64,000 nt of DNA from Ostreococcus lucimarinus (taxonomy: Eukaryota), in assembly GCA_000092065.1 (NCBI GenBank), contig CP000595.1, one strand, 5' to 3'. The notes beneath the pieces are model-generated. The model ran no database searches and was not told the origin of the DNA. It worked only from the letters and a program-made list of their open reading frames with translations. Positions 18,899-29,579 of the stretch are shown here, in pieces. Each line of letters opens with the position of its first letter. Position 1 is the stretch's first letter. The position numbers and the translations under genes were made by a program.

Positions 18899-19816
18899 CT
18901 ACGCGATTTTCTCCAAGAGCTCGGGCGAGGCGGCGCGAATCAACGTCGGGTTCGGCAGGAACAAAAGCCGCATCCCGCCGACTTCGATGAGCGTATGCGG
19001 CGCCAAAATGCACCGCTGCCCCGTGGTGAGCGGAGAGTTATTGCACCAAATCGGTCGTCTTCCGACGTTACGAAGCGCGAACTCGCCGTTCCAACGAAGC
19101 TTCAAGAAGGCTTGCTGTCGAGAAATCTTGCTCGCGTTTCCCTCCGACCCCAAGTCCACGTCCACCTTCAAATCCTCCGTCGACCGTCCGATGACGCAGT
19201 CCCGCTTCGCGATCTCAAACGTCACGTTCGCCCCCACGAGTTCCGCCAGCGCTCCCTTGGCCGTGGCCAACCGCGCCGTCGCCGCCTGCGCGCTCCGCTC
19301 CAACGCTTTGATTTTCTTCAGCGTCGTCGCGTTCGCCCCTCGCCCGACCTCCCTCTTCGCCTTCGCCTTCGTCTCCGCCGCCCGTCCCGCCTCGGTGCGC
19401 TCCACGAGATCGCTTCTCAATATCGCCTGCTCGGCGCGCGAAAACCTCGGCGGGGCGCCGTCGTCGCTCTCCGGCTCCGTCTCCGCGCCGCCGTCCCGGC
19501 GCCGCGACGTCCCCAGCCCCGCGCGTTCGAGCACCTCCCGCAGCGTCGCCCCTCGCGGCGCCACTCGCTGCGCGATCGCGCGCTCTATCTCATCGTCCCG
19601 CACCTCGGCGAGCCTTCGGACGCACGCGCGCGCGAAGGCGTCGTCGCGGAGCATCGAATTCCAGCGCGCGCGCACGTCGTCGAGCGTCCTCACCGACGCG
19701 AATTTCACGCACGAATCCGCGCCGACGAGCGATTCGAGGGCGACGCCGCTCTCGCACGCGAGTTTTAACAGGTAGTCATCGATCGCGGGCCAACGCGAGA
19801 GGTCGGGGTCGGGCAT
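18899..19816 (-). CDS. MCRS1: Microspherule protein 1 (MCRS1/MSP58) homolog with C-terminal FHA domain
   Basis: The ORF begins with TTG at 19846; the first ATG is at 19816 and was verified. The N-terminal part (WPAIDDYLLKLA...VKFASVRTLDDVRARWNSMLRD) matches the MCRS_N domain. The C-terminal FHA domain (VIGRSTEDLKVDVDLGSEGNASKISRQQAFLKLRWNGEFALRNVGRRPIWCNNSP...LFL) aligns with MCRS1. Confidence 0.75.
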   Translation of the reverse strand: MPDPDLSRWPAIDDYLLKLACESGVALESLVGADSCVKFASVRTLDDVRARWNSMLRDDAFARACVRRLAEVRDDEIERAIAQRVAPRGATLREVLERAGLGTSRRRDGGAETEPESDDGAPPRFSRAEQAILRSDLVERTEAGRAAETKAKAKREVGRGANATTLKKIKALERSAQAATARLATAKGALAELVGANVTFEIAKRDCVIGRSTEDLKVDVDLGSEGNASKISRQQAFLKLRWNGEFALRNVGRRPIWCNNSPLTTGQRCILAPHTLIEVGGMRLLFLPNPTLIRAASPELLEKIA

Positions 19817-19883
19817 CGCGCGCGAGTGAGGGATTCGATGTGACAAGGACGCGCCGCGGGACGGCGACGCCGCGCGGCGACGG

Positions 19884-22148
19884 CTAGACGAAGAGAAACA
19901 TCGGACGCTCGTCGTCGTCGATCATCTTGCGCGCTCTGGCGCAGCCGACGATGCGCTCGAGCTTTAAGGCGTCGAGCTTGCTGAATAAGGCGACGACGCC
20001 GGCGACGTGACCGACGACGGGGGCGCCGGCGACGGCGTCGGTCGCGCGCGCGCTCGCGGCGGCGGACGATCCGGCCAAGTAAGAGACGAGCTCTGGGTAA
20101 AAGTCCCGATGCTCGGGGAGGGAGTAGAAGCAAATCTCGCGGGCGCCTTTGATTCGACGCCTGAAATAAAAGTGCGCGCGCTCGGAGAGGAGCAACACGC
20201 GCTTGCGACCGTCGGCGAATAAGGTGCGAGCGCGAGCGGCTTCGCGAGGCTCGGTGTACTCGCTGTTCACGGCGAAGGAGACGTCTTCGGCGACGAGCAA
20301 GTTGCGAACTCGGACAAAGTCAAAGTACGAACTGACGAAGATCACGACCCCTGGCTCGGGGTTTTCACGTATGCGCGGTAAGACCTTCTTGGTGAAGTAC
20401 TTGAACCGAATGTCGTCGGCGTCGACGACGTCGGAGGCTTTCATGGCGACGCGCTCGAATTGTTGACGCGTCTTCACCGCGAGCTTGCCGAGGACGCCTC
20501 GTTGAGGGGCGCGGAATCGGACTTTGCCCTCGAAGTTGACGCATCGGCGGTTGAACAACGCGTTGATTTCAGGGGTTTGGAACGCCGATAACAGAATCGT
20601 CTGCCTGAGATGACGCGCGTGACCGTTCAAGTGCGACTCGTGCACGCGTTGAATGTCGCAGTCGCGCGTGTCTTTGGGAAGCGCGTTCGTGGCGTCGACG
20701 AGCGTGGCGACGTGCGCCCAATTCTGCATCTGAATCACGTGCGCGTGATCGATGACCAAAATTTCGATCGCGCTCAAGAAATCCGCGGCGGATTTTTCAT
20801 CCTGTAACGCGGTGACGATCCCGAGAGGCGAAGCGAAGATGATATCCGCGCCGAAGAAATCGACGTACAAGCGCACGCTCGCCTTCGTGAGCTTCAAACC
20901 GAGTCGGAAGTGGTCGTCGGTGTTACCCTTGAACAGCGCCTTGTGATCGTCTGGAACAAACGGCTTGTACTTTTTCTTCTTGTTTCCGTGTTCGTCCTCC
21001 ACCTCGTCTTCGCTATCGCTCCCATCGTACGCTAAAAAGTCTTCCTCGATGCGTTCGAGCTTGTTCACCGCGTCGTTTCTGCCGTGCGCCGCCGGACACA
21101 GCTCGAGCAAGCGCATGATGGCTCGACCGGCGATGTTACGCATCGGGGTTAAAAATAACACTGTCGGTCGCACGAAGCCTTGATCGCGAGGGAGGTCGTC
21201 TTCGATCACTTTGACGCCCGCCTTTGCCTTTTTCGCCAGGGATTCGTTATTCTTCATCACGCGATTTCGCGTCCTCGTCACGTGATCGATGACGTGCAAG
21301 CACACCGCATCGAGCGTCTCATCGTTCAATTGTTGTCCCGCCGGTCCTTGGTCGGGAATCAACATTCTATTTCCGTGCTGTACGTCCACGTACGCGGCGA
21401 GCATGGAGTACAATCGCGCCTGATCCTCGCTCGCGAAGCCTTCGCTCCCCGTCACCGTCCTCCATCGCTCGCGTAATTTCGCGTTCACGAACCTCGGCAC
21501 ATCCAGCGTCTTCGGCGGCTCCAACCCGTTCGCGCCCTCCCACGCTCCCTTTTTACCCACGCTCTCCGCCGACGTCTTCGGGAACGACACTCTCTGCGTC
21601 TTCAAGGCCTCCGCCTCGGCGTCCGCGAGCGTCTCTCCGACTCTCAAATGTCGCGCGAGCGCGCCCTCGTCCTCGTCCATCCCACCACCCTCCTCCAGCT
21701 TCTCTCCCGCGCTCGCGCTCGCGTCGTCGTCGGCATCATCGTCGTCGTCGTCGTCGTCGCTTTCTTCGCCGCGGGCGTCGCTTTCGTCGTCGCTCTCGCT
21801 CGAATCGCTCGCCGCGCCGCTCGCGCGCGCCGAACCGCCCGCTCGAGCGTCCGCCGGCGGCGAATCCTCATCTTCCCCGTCCGACGCGCTCGACGTCGTC
21901 GTCTCGCTCCCCGAGCGCTCCGACGCGTCGGACGACGACGCGTCCTCGTCCTCGTCGCTCTCGCGCGCGACGTTCGCGCCGAGCGACGCCAACAGCGCGC
22001 CGTACGCGTCGCCGCCGGCGAGTTCGAGCTCATCCTCCGAGTCCTCTCGCGCCGCGTTCGCGCCGTCGCTCGCGTCGACGCGCGCCGTCTTCGGTCGCGC
22101 GCGATCGCTCGCGCGTCTCGAGCGCTTGCGCGCGTCGCTCGCGGGCAT
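19884..22148 (-). CDS. UTP25: U3 snoRNP protein Utp25/DIEXF (digestive organ expansion factor homolog)
   Basis: The conserved Utp25 body includes LYSMLAAYVDV, QGFVRPTVLFLTPMRNIAGRA and the C-terminal ERAHFYFRRRIKGAREICFYSLPEHRDFYPELVSY. The ORF extends up to 22520, but that part is antisense to the aminotransferase coding sequence. I chose the ATG at 22148 (MPASDARKRSRR..., a basic-then-acidic N-terminus typical of Utp25), which avoids the overlap. Confidence 0.75.
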   Translation of the reverse strand: MPASDARKRSRRASDRARPKTARVDASDGANAAREDSEDELELAGGDAYGALLASLGANVARESDEDEDASSSDASERSGSETTTSSASDGEDEDSPPADARAGGSARASGAASDSSESDDESDARGEESDDDDDDDDADDDASASAGEKLEEGGGMDEDEGALARHLRVGETLADAEAEALKTQRVSFPKTSAESVGKKGAWEGANGLEPPKTLDVPRFVNAKLRERWRTVTGSEGFASEDQARLYSMLAAYVDVQHGNRMLIPDQGPAGQQLNDETLDAVCLHVIDHVTRTRNRVMKNNESLAKKAKAGVKVIEDDLPRDQGFVRPTVLFLTPMRNIAGRAIMRLLELCPAAHGRNDAVNKLERIEEDFLAYDGSDSEDEVEDEHGNKKKKYKPFVPDDHKALFKGNTDDHFRLGLKLTKASVRLYVDFFGADIIFASPLGIVTALQDEKSAADFLSAIEILVIDHAHVIQMQNWAHVATLVDATNALPKDTRDCDIQRVHESHLNGHARHLRQTILLSAFQTPEINALFNRRCVNFEGKVRFRAPQRGVLGKLAVKTRQQFERVAMKASDVVDADDIRFKYFTKKVLPRIRENPEPGVVIFVSSYFDFVRVRNLLVAEDVSFAVNSEYTEPREAARARTLFADGRKRVLLLSERAHFYFRRRIKGAREICFYSLPEHRDFYPELVSYLAGSSAAASARATDAVAGAPVVGHVAGVVALFSKLDALKLERIVGCARARKMIDDDERPMFLFV

Positions 22149-22230
22149 CGCGCGTCGCGTCGCGCGAGAGAGTGACGCGAAAAGCGATGCTCGACGCGCG
22201 CGTCGACACTTCGACGCGCCGACGCGCGCG

Positions 22231-23589
22231 ATGTCGCGCGCGCTCGCGTTCGGCGTCGCCGTCGGCGGACGACCCGCGTCGCGCGCGATCCGGACGCGAC
22301 GCGCGACGCGCGGACGCGCGCCGAGAGCGCGAGAAACGCGCGCGAAGGTTGACCAAACGCTCAATGAACGCGTCGCCAACTTGCAGCCGTCGAAGACGGT
22401 CGCGCTGACCGATCTCGCGCGCGCGATGCGCGACGCGGGCGAGGACGTCATCGGTCTCGCCGCGGGCGAGCCGGATTTCGCGACGCCGCGCGCGGTCGGC
22501 GACGCGGGGAAGGCGGCCATCGACGCGGGGAAGACGAAGTACTCGCCGAACGACGGCGACGCGAAACTGCGAAACGCGATCGCGCGAAAGCTCGAGGAAG
22601 AGAACGGATTGACGTACGATGGGAAAACGGAGATCGTGCTGTCGAACGGGGCGAAACAGAGCGTGGCGCAGTGCGTGATGGCGACGTGCGGACCGGGGGA
22701 CGAGGTTCTGGTGCCGGCGCCGTATTGGGTGAGTTATCCGGAGATGGTGCGGTTGTCGGGGGCGGAGAGCGTGATCGTGCGGACGACGGCGGATGAGGGA
22801 TTTTTGGTGACGCCGGAACAGCTTCGAAAGGCGATCACGCCGCGGTCGAGGTTGTTGATTTTGTGCTCTCCGAGTAACCCGAGCGGGGCGGTGTATCCGA
22901 AGGAGACGCTGGAGGAGTTGGCGAAAATCGTCGTCGAACATCCGAGATTGATGGTGCTGAGCGATGAGATTTATGAACACATCGTGTACGCGCCCGCGGA
23001 GCATCACTCGATCGCGGCGATGGATGGGATGTGGGAGCGCACGATGGTGGTGAACGGGTTTTCCAAATCCTTCGCCATGACGGGATGGCGTTTAGGATAC
23101 GTCGCCGCGCCCAAACACTTCGCGCGGGCGATGAGTATGATTCAATCTCAAATCACGAGCGGGCCTAACTCAATCTCTCAAGAGGCTGCGCTCGCGGCGT
23201 TGGAATTAGGCTACAAGGGCGGCGAAGACGTCGCGGCGATGGTGCGAGCGTTCGAGCAACGTCGCGACTTCGTCTCCGCACGCTTAAACGCCATTCAAGG
23301 CGTCAAGCTCCCGAAAGTCGACGGAGCATTCTACGTATTCCCAGACGTCAGCGCCTTCTTCGGTGGGAACGCGTCGGCGGAAGGCTTCGGCCCCGTCGCG
23401 GACGTCGACGAGCTCTGCCGGTACATTTTAGAAAAGGGCCAAGTCGCCCTCGTCCCCGGCAGCGCCTTCGGCGTCCCAGAGTGCCTGCGCATCTCCTACG
23501 CCGCATCAAACGCGACGCTCGAGGAAGCGCTCTCGCGCATAGAGCGATGCCTATCGCTCGACGTCTTCACGCGAAACTCCCGGCGTTGA
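22231..23589 (+). CDS. PAT: Class-I aminotransferase: plastidial aspartate/prephenate aminotransferase (PAT)
   Basis: The first in-frame ATG is at 22231; the ORF-track start at 22126 is TTG. There is a transit peptide, then near-collinear identity to plant PAT in KTVALTD, IGLAAGEPDFATP, LVPAPYWVSYPEM, LILCSPSNPSGAVYP, SDEIYEHIVYAPAEH and NGFSKSFAMTGWRLGY, the last containing the PLP-binding lysine. Confidence 0.9.
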   Translation: MSRALAFGVAVGGRPASRAIRTRRATRGRAPRARETRAKVDQTLNERVANLQPSKTVALTDLARAMRDAGEDVIGLAAGEPDFATPRAVGDAGKAAIDAGKTKYSPNDGDAKLRNAIARKLEEENGLTYDGKTEIVLSNGAKQSVAQCVMATCGPGDEVLVPAPYWVSYPEMVRLSGAESVIVRTTADEGFLVTPEQLRKAITPRSRLLILCSPSNPSGAVYPKETLEELAKIVVEHPRLMVLSDEIYEHIVYAPAEHHSIAAMDGMWERTMVVNGFSKSFAMTGWRLGYVAAPKHFARAMSMIQSQITSGPNSISQEAALAALELGYKGGEDVAAMVRAFEQRRDFVSARLNAIQGVKLPKVDGAFYVFPDVSAFFGGNASAEGFGPVADVDELCRYILEKGQVALVPGSAFGVPECLRISYAASNATLEEALSRIERCLSLDVFTRNSRR

Positions 23590-23775
23590 GCCGAGCGAGC
23601 GACGCGACGCCGCGCCAACCGATGGTTCGCGTCCTGGGCGTCCGAAATACGGCAATACGACGCAATCATCATTAGCGAGCGCGCGCGCCTCGAAATCCTC
23701 CCCCAGCTCCCGCGCCGCGCGCGTCGTCATCCGTCCCGCTCGCGTCGTCGCCGCACTCGTCGCCTCGCTCGCCGA

Positions 23776-24600
23776 ATGTCTCGCGCCCGACCTCGCGCCA
23801 CCCTCGACGACGCCCTCCGCGCGCGCGCGCTCACCGTCCTCGGCGCCCCCGCGTCCGCGCTCGAGTGTTCGACGTCCGCGAGCGCGCTCGCCGCGCTCGC
23901 GGAGTTTCTCGAGGACACAGTCATAAGAGCCCTGCCCGCGGACCAACGCGACGGTTTGCGACGCGCGCGAACCGCGGACGCGCGCGGCGTGCGCGACGCG
24001 CTCACGGCGTACGGCGAACACCTCGAACCCGCGATCGAGGCGCTGGGCGAGGGCGCGCTGGACGCCGTCGCGGACGAGCTGCTGGAGCGAGCGACGGCGC
24101 TCAAACACGCCGACGCGTCGCCGTCGGCGGCGCGGGACGACGTCGAGGCGATCGAACGGTCGAGCAAGAGGCTGAAATTGTTTTCGCGAGACGCCGATGA
24201 AGTGAGCGGGGCGCTGGCGAGCGACGCGGGATGGGAGGCGTTGACGCGGTTGGCGACGGCGCTCGGCGCGGAGACGAACGGGACGGGCGGCGGGAGGGAT
24301 CCGCTCGACGCGTGCGTCTTGCTCGAACGCTGCGTGGTGGCTCAGGAGAGGTTTGTGACGGCGTTCGCGTCGGCGAGCGGGCGAGAGACGGCGAGAAATC
24401 CGCCGAAGCTGGAGGACATGCCGAGCGGGGTCGGACTGAACGGCGACGCCGAAGTGGAGCGCGCCGTCGCCGTCGCTCGGTTATTGCACGTGAACGATCT
24501 GCGGAGGTTACAGAGCGAAGTGGATGCGTTTTTAGTCGCCATGCAAGAGTACACCGCCGATCCCAAGACGGATTCTCGCATCGGAAAAGTCGGACGATAG
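23776..24600 (+). CDS. RTRAF: RTRAF/CGI-99/hCLE family protein (tRNA-splicing ligase complex subunit)
   Basis: ATG at 23776 was verified. The C-terminus, RLLHVNDLRRLQSEVDAFLVAMQEYTADPKTDSRIGKVGR, matches the conserved RTRAF C-terminus LRLLHIEELRELQTKINEAIVAVQAIIADPKTDHRLGKVGR. Confidence 0.8.
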   Translation: MSRARPRATLDDALRARALTVLGAPASALECSTSASALAALAEFLEDTVIRALPADQRDGLRRARTADARGVRDALTAYGEHLEPAIEALGEGALDAVADELLERATALKHADASPSAARDDVEAIERSSKRLKLFSRDADEVSGALASDAGWEALTRLATALGAETNGTGGGRDPLDACVLLERCVVAQERFVTAFASASGRETARNPPKLEDMPSGVGLNGDAEVERAVAVARLLHVNDLRRLQSEVDAFLVAMQEYTADPKTDSRIGKVGR

Positions 24601-24679
24601 TCGGCGCGTCGCGTTCACGTTTTAATTCACACGCCGTCGCTAGATAGCTAAGCTCGCTACGTCCTAACCGATCGCTACT

Positions 24680-25282
24680 TCACAGCATGAAATTGCACGA
24701 ACCGTCTGTCCGGATCGACTTGCGCATCAGCACCCTGGGAGACTGTTTCTTCCCGCCGAACAATCCGCCGAGCGAAAACGCGCGTTCCCGCGCCACCTCG
24801 TCGTAACCTTCCCCCGAATACAACGCGTACGCCGCCGCATCGTCCGCGCGCACGTGCAACCACACATCACATCCACCCATATCCAAAACCAACGCCTCGA
24901 CCGCCTTCAACAGCCCCCGCCCGACGCCTCGCCTTCGTCTCGATTTCGCCACGCACGCGTTGGCGAGATACGCCGCGTCGCTCGGCGGCGACACGCTCGC
25001 GTCCCTCTCGATCGGTCGCGTCTTCGCGCTGATGCTCGTCGTCACCAACCCCACGACCTCTCCCCGAGCGTCGCTTCCGTCCTCGACGACGTCCCGCGCG
25101 ACGAGCGCCGTCTCCTCCGCGTCCTCGCCGTTCGCCAGCCCAATCAAATACTTCAACACGTACGCCCTCGGCTTCGCGTCTTCCGTGTCCCCGAACGCGT
25201 CGACGACCAAATCGACGCACTCCCGCACGTCTCTCTCGCGCAATCGCTCCACGCGCGCGCGTCGCGCGTCGCCGAGCGTCAT
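24680..25282 (-). CDS. GNAT-family N-acetyltransferase
   Basis: This is the lower-coordinate 200 codons of ORF 24680..26473; the upper part of that ORF is an antisense shadow of Rpn5. ATG at 25282 was verified. GNAT motif A (CVAKSRRRRGVGRGLLKAVE) and motif B (LYSGEGYDEV) are present. Confidence 0.65.
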   Translation of the reverse strand: MTLGDARRARVERLRERDVRECVDLVVDAFGDTEDAKPRAYVLKYLIGLANGEDAEETALVARDVVEDGSDARGEVVGLVTTSISAKTRPIERDASVSPPSDAAYLANACVAKSRRRRGVGRGLLKAVEALVLDMGGCDVWLHVRADDAAAYALYSGEGYDEVARERAFSLGGLFGGKKQSPRVLMRKSIRTDGSCNFML

Positions 25283-25528
25283 CTCGCGCCGGAACGATTT
25301 CTGAAGCTCGAGCAAGTCGTCCCGTCTCGCGCTCGCCGCGCGCGTCCCGCGCCTCGCGCGTCCGCGACGCGCGATTCGCGCGCTCGCGCGCGTCCGCGGC
25401 GCGCGCGCGCTCGCCATCGCGCGCGCTCGCGTCGCGCCGTGGCGCGCGGCGCCACTCCGACGCGCAGTCGTTGACCGATCGCGTCGACGAATCGCGACGC
25501 CGCGACGCGACGCGAGGGACGGCGCGCG

Positions 25529-25645
25529 ATGTCGACCAAGGACGAGGTCGCGAGGCTCGAGCGCGAGCTCGCGAACATGGCGCTGGACGCCAAGCAGGTG
25601 CGCGGCGGCGACGCGAGCGCGATGATTGATGATTTCGATCTCGAC

Positions 25646-25679
<34 letters not shown>

Positions 25680-27118
25680 GATGACTGACGGGACGCGACG
25701 ACGCGCAGCCGGGAAAACTGAACGAGACGCTCGATAAGATGCTGGCGCTGGAGAAGACGTACCGCCTGGCGGCGGACTTCGTCGCGACGCCGCGGCTGTG
25801 CGTCGCGATCGTCGACGTGCTGCGCGCGTGCGAAGACTGGGACGGATTGCGAGAACACGTCGCCGCGCTCACGAAACGACGGGCGCAGTTGAAACAAGCG
25901 ATCGCGGCGATGGTGCGACGGTGCATGGAGTTCATCGATGAAGCGCCGGGGGCGGAACAGCGATTGAAGCTGATCGAGACGCTGTGCGACGCGACGAGCG
26001 GGAAAATTTTTGTCGAAGTCGAAAAGAGTCGGTTGACGCGAGCGCTGGCGAAGATGCACGAAGACGAAGGGCGCGTGGCGGAGGCGTGTGGGGTGATGCA
26101 AGAGGTGGCGATCGAGACGTATGGGGCGCTGACGAGGCACGAGAAGTTGTTCTTCATCGAGGAACAGGTGCGGTTGTGCTTGGCGAAGAAGGATTACCTG
26201 CGAGCGTTGATTTTGAGTCGTAAAATCAACCCCAAGGTGTTCGACGAGCTGATTGAGAAGGAGAAGAAGGACGCAGAAAAGGCGGCGCTGGCGGCGAAGA
26301 GCGCGACGGAGCTGAGTGAGACGGAAAAAGCGGAGCTCAAGGCGGAAAAATTGAAAAAGGAGGGGCAAGTCGAGCACGCCGAGGGATACTTTGAACCCAC
26401 GGACAAAGGCATTCCTTCGCTCGAGGCGCTGAAATTGCGCTATTACGAGCTCATGGTGGAGTACTATAGTCATAGCGATGAATACCTAGAGCAGTGCCGG
26501 TGCTACCAGAACATTCTGGAGTGCGCCGAGGTGAAGCACGACGTCGCGCGGTGGGGGCCGACGCTGAAGAAAGTCGTGTGGTTGGTGTGCCTGAGCAAGC
26601 ACGAGCCGATGCAACAGAGCATCTTACACGGCGTGAAGGGCAACTTAAAGCTGAGCGATTTACCCGCGCACGAGGCGCTCATCAAACAGTTTTGCACCAA
26701 GGAAATTATTCACTGGACGACGCTGCAAGAACGATACGCCGGGGAAATCGCCGCGGAGACGGAACTCTTCGGCGGCGAGAAGGGCGCGAAGCGCGTGGAA
26801 GACTTGAAGCTTCGCGTGATCGAGCACAACATGCTCGTCATCGCCGCCTACTACTCGCGCATGTCCCTCAGCAGACTCTCCGAGCTCTTGTGCCTGTCGC
26901 CCGAGGAGACGGAGAAGCACCTCTCCTCGTGCGTCGTCGACAAATCCGTCGCCGCGAAAATCGACCGCCCGGCCGGTCTCGTCAATTTCTCCGCCGCGAA
27001 ATCCAGCGACTTTTTGCTCAACAAGTGGGTGTCCAACATCGATTCCCTGCTCACGTGCCTCGACAAGGCGTCGCACTTGATTCAAAAGGAATCCCAACAG
27101 TTCAAAGTCGCGCTTTAG
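25529..27118 (+). CDS. RPN5: 26S proteasome regulatory subunit Rpn5/PSMD12; 2 exons (25529..25597, 25709..27118)
   Basis: Exon 2 (the ORF from 25739) matches Rpn5 through to the PCI domain. The conserved N-terminus is recovered by splicing MSTKDEVARLERELANMALDAKQ to PGKLNETLDKMLALEK, which aligns with human [25 protein letters not shown]. The intron 25598..25708 is 111 nt, has GTGCGC, CTGAC and CGCGCAG signals, and contains a TGA and an (ACG)9 microsatellite. Confidence 0.85.
25598..25708 (+). other. Intron of RPN5 (111 nt)
   Basis: GTGCGC donor immediately after codon CAG at 25595-25597. TGACTGAC branch motif about 25 nt upstream of the CAG acceptor at 25706-25708. It contains an in-frame stop and a trinucleotide repeat. 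Confidence 0.8.
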
Positions 27119-27176
27119 TCTCAGAAACCATCGCGAAATACATACAACGCTCTTCTTTTTTACAATCCCGACTTCG

Positions 27177-27245
27177 CCGCTCGCCTTCGCCGCTCGCCGT
27201 CGCTACTCGCCGTCGCCGCTCGCCGTCGCTACTCGCCGTCGCGTC
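27177..27245. repeat. Tandem repeat of a roughly 26-bp unit (cgccgctcgccgtcgctactcgccgt), about 2.5 copies
   Basis: It is directly visible downstream of the RPN5 stop at 27118, within the 3' UTR region of RPN5 and the 3' end of a doubtful antisense ORF. Confidence 0.7.
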
Positions 27246-27937
27246 CGGCTCCCTCGCCTCGCGCCTTTTCGTCCCGCTCCAGCTCCGCCAGCCTCTCCAC
27301 CGCCTCCCGCTCTCGCGCCTCCCGCGTCGCGATCGCCTGTTCGAATCGTCGCATCTCCTCGCTCCCTCGCGTCAGCGTCACCTCAAACTTCCCGTTCGCG
27401 TCCGCGCGTCTCTCGCACGCCTCGGCGCACGCCAGCGCGCACGTCTCCCCCGCGTCCTCGCTCGCCTCCGCCCCCGCCGCCGCGCGCTCGCACCCGCCCG
27501 CGCACGCTCTCTCGCACGCCTCCGCGCGCGTCACCCGCGGCTCGTTCGCGCCGTCACCGCGCGTCGTCGACGCCGTCGCCTGTTTTTCATCGCCCTCGAC
27601 GCGGCAAAACACGCGCACGATGAAATCGTCGAATTCGTGCGCGTCGTCGTCGTCCTCGAGCGCTTCGGAGGCGTCTCGACGCGCGCGCGCGACGCCGCGG
27701 ACGCGAATGACGCTCGCGCGCCGTCGCGCGACGCTCGACGCGTCGTCCGCGCGCGGCATTCTGCGGCGACGCGCGCGCGCGTCGAATTCGAGCGTTCGAC
27801 CGACGACCGCGACAGAGCGCGGCGCGCGCGACGACCGGGCGCGCGCGAAGGGCGCGCGGGACGACGCGCGAGCGCGACGGCGCGTCGCGAGGGCGAGCGC
27901 GGGCGCGAGGGCGAGGGAAACGGCGCGCGAAACGCGA

Positions 27938-28107
27938 ATGGGTGGGAATCGTGACGGGACGACGATGCGGGCGCGGGGACTCACGAGCGCGCTCTGGGCG
28001 TCGATCGACGCGCGCGCGCGCGACGGGGGCGCAGAGGGGGACGCGTTCGACGCGCGGGACGCGCGGGGGGGCGCGGCGACGACGAAGCGTGGATCGGGCG
28101 AGGTCGG

Positions 28108-28139
<32 letters not shown>

Positions 28140-29566
28140 GCGAGCGAGAAGAGACGACGGATGATTTAGAGCTGTACGCCGCGCGGTGCGCGCTGGAAGC
28201 GACGCGGGCGATGGAAACGCGCGCTGTGCTGTGGGCGGCGATGAATCAGTGGAAACTGGCGATGGGAAGGAGGGTGAGGAACGAGGCGTTGGCGACGACG
28301 GCGCGGAGACGGAGGCGCAAGCGGGAGCTGAGGCGATGCTTCGCGCGGTGGTGCGTGCAGATGCCGATGCGGGCGGCGAACGATGGGTGGAATCGGTTCG
28401 GCGCGCGGTCGACGTACATCGCGGGGTTGATCGAGACCGAGGATGGGGACTTCGACGACGAGGAATTCCCGACGGATTATCGCGCCGAGTTGGAGATTCG
28501 GCTGAGTCAAATCGCGCGCTTGGAGGACGCGTTGAAGGACGCGAACGCGCGCGCGGCGGTGGCGAGACGCGAAGAAAACGTCGAGGCGCAGATGAGTAAG
28601 TTTCGTACGCACTTGCAAAACGTGCAGCGCGAGTTAGAGAACGTCAAGCGCGAGAGGGACGCGTACAAGATGAAATGGCACGCCTCGTCGGGTCCAGCCG
28701 AGGCGAAGACGCGCGAGGCGCGTCGGGCGAATCAGCGCACGATGGCGACGCAGACGACGTTTGACGACGACGAGAAGAAGAAAGACGCAGAGGTGGCGCC
28801 TTCAAAGAAGGAAATTCGCGCCGCGGAGGAAAAGTGGATGGAACAGGCGCGTCTCTTTGAACAAAAGTTTGAACGCCAAATGGAAATCTCCAACGAGTAC
28901 GACCGCAAGTTGCGAGACGAGCGCACGAGGTTGATGCGCAGTGAGGCGAGATATGAGGCAAGAATCGAGGAGTTAACGACAAAGCAAGCCGAATTGATCG
29001 CCGAGTTGTCCGTGCGAGGCGTCGGGACGGCACCGACGAGCGAACAAACGGTGGATTTCAGCCGCAATCAATTCGCCGAGTACGCGAAAATCGGCGCCGA
29101 GGCGGCGACGACGCGCGCGTTCCCCGACGCTTCCCCGATCGCGACGCTCCATCCGCCGTCGCCACCGATGGAGATGTTTGAGTCGCCGTCAGCGAATTTC
29201 GACGACGCGGAAACCAAGTCCGATGTCGAAGTTGAGAAGATTTCCCCCGCGAAATTCGAGAGCGCGAAGAAGCTCAACTTCGCCGCGGCGTTGGATGATT
29301 TCTCCTCGAGCGACGACGAGGATGTCAACCGCAGACCGATGCCACCGCCGCAGATACCAACCACAAATAATATGCAGGCACCAACACCGCCGCTCGCGCG
29401 GACATCGAGCGCGAGGAAGCCTCTTCGTCTCACCGTCGCCGTGGCGAAAATCGTCATGCTCGGTTACTCGCAGCGAGACGCCATCGAGGCTTTGAAACAC
29501 GTCGACGGCAACGACGTCCACGACGCCTTGGCCTGGCTCGAGCGTCGCGCCCGCACAGCCGCGTAG
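27938..29566 (+). CDS. Coiled-coil protein with C-terminal UBA domain (hypothetical)
   Basis: A long coiled-coil region (AELEIRLSQIARLEDALKDANARAAVARREENVEAQ...) is followed by the C-terminal UBA-like fold LRLTVAVAKIVMLGYSQRDAIEALKHVDGNDVHDALAWL. The start is ambiguous. ATG 27938 was verified; an alternative upstream ATG at 27620 would add a low-complexity N-terminus that overlaps an antisense ORF. A TGTAA motif lies at 29575-29579. Confidence 0.5.
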
Positions 29567-29574
29567 CTCACGCG

Positions 29575-29579
29575 TGTAA
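29575..29579 (+). promoter_or_regulatory. Putative polyadenylation signal TGTAA for the UBA coiled-coil gene
   Basis: The TGTAA is 9 nt after the TAG stop at 29564-29566. Confidence 0.35.

Noticed and set aside
22149-22520. UTP25 N-terminal extension up to the ATG at 22520
   Set aside because: This segment is antisense to the highly conserved 5' coding region of the aminotransferase and is low-complexity. The ATG at 22148 gives an N-terminus typical of Utp25 and a divergent arrangement.
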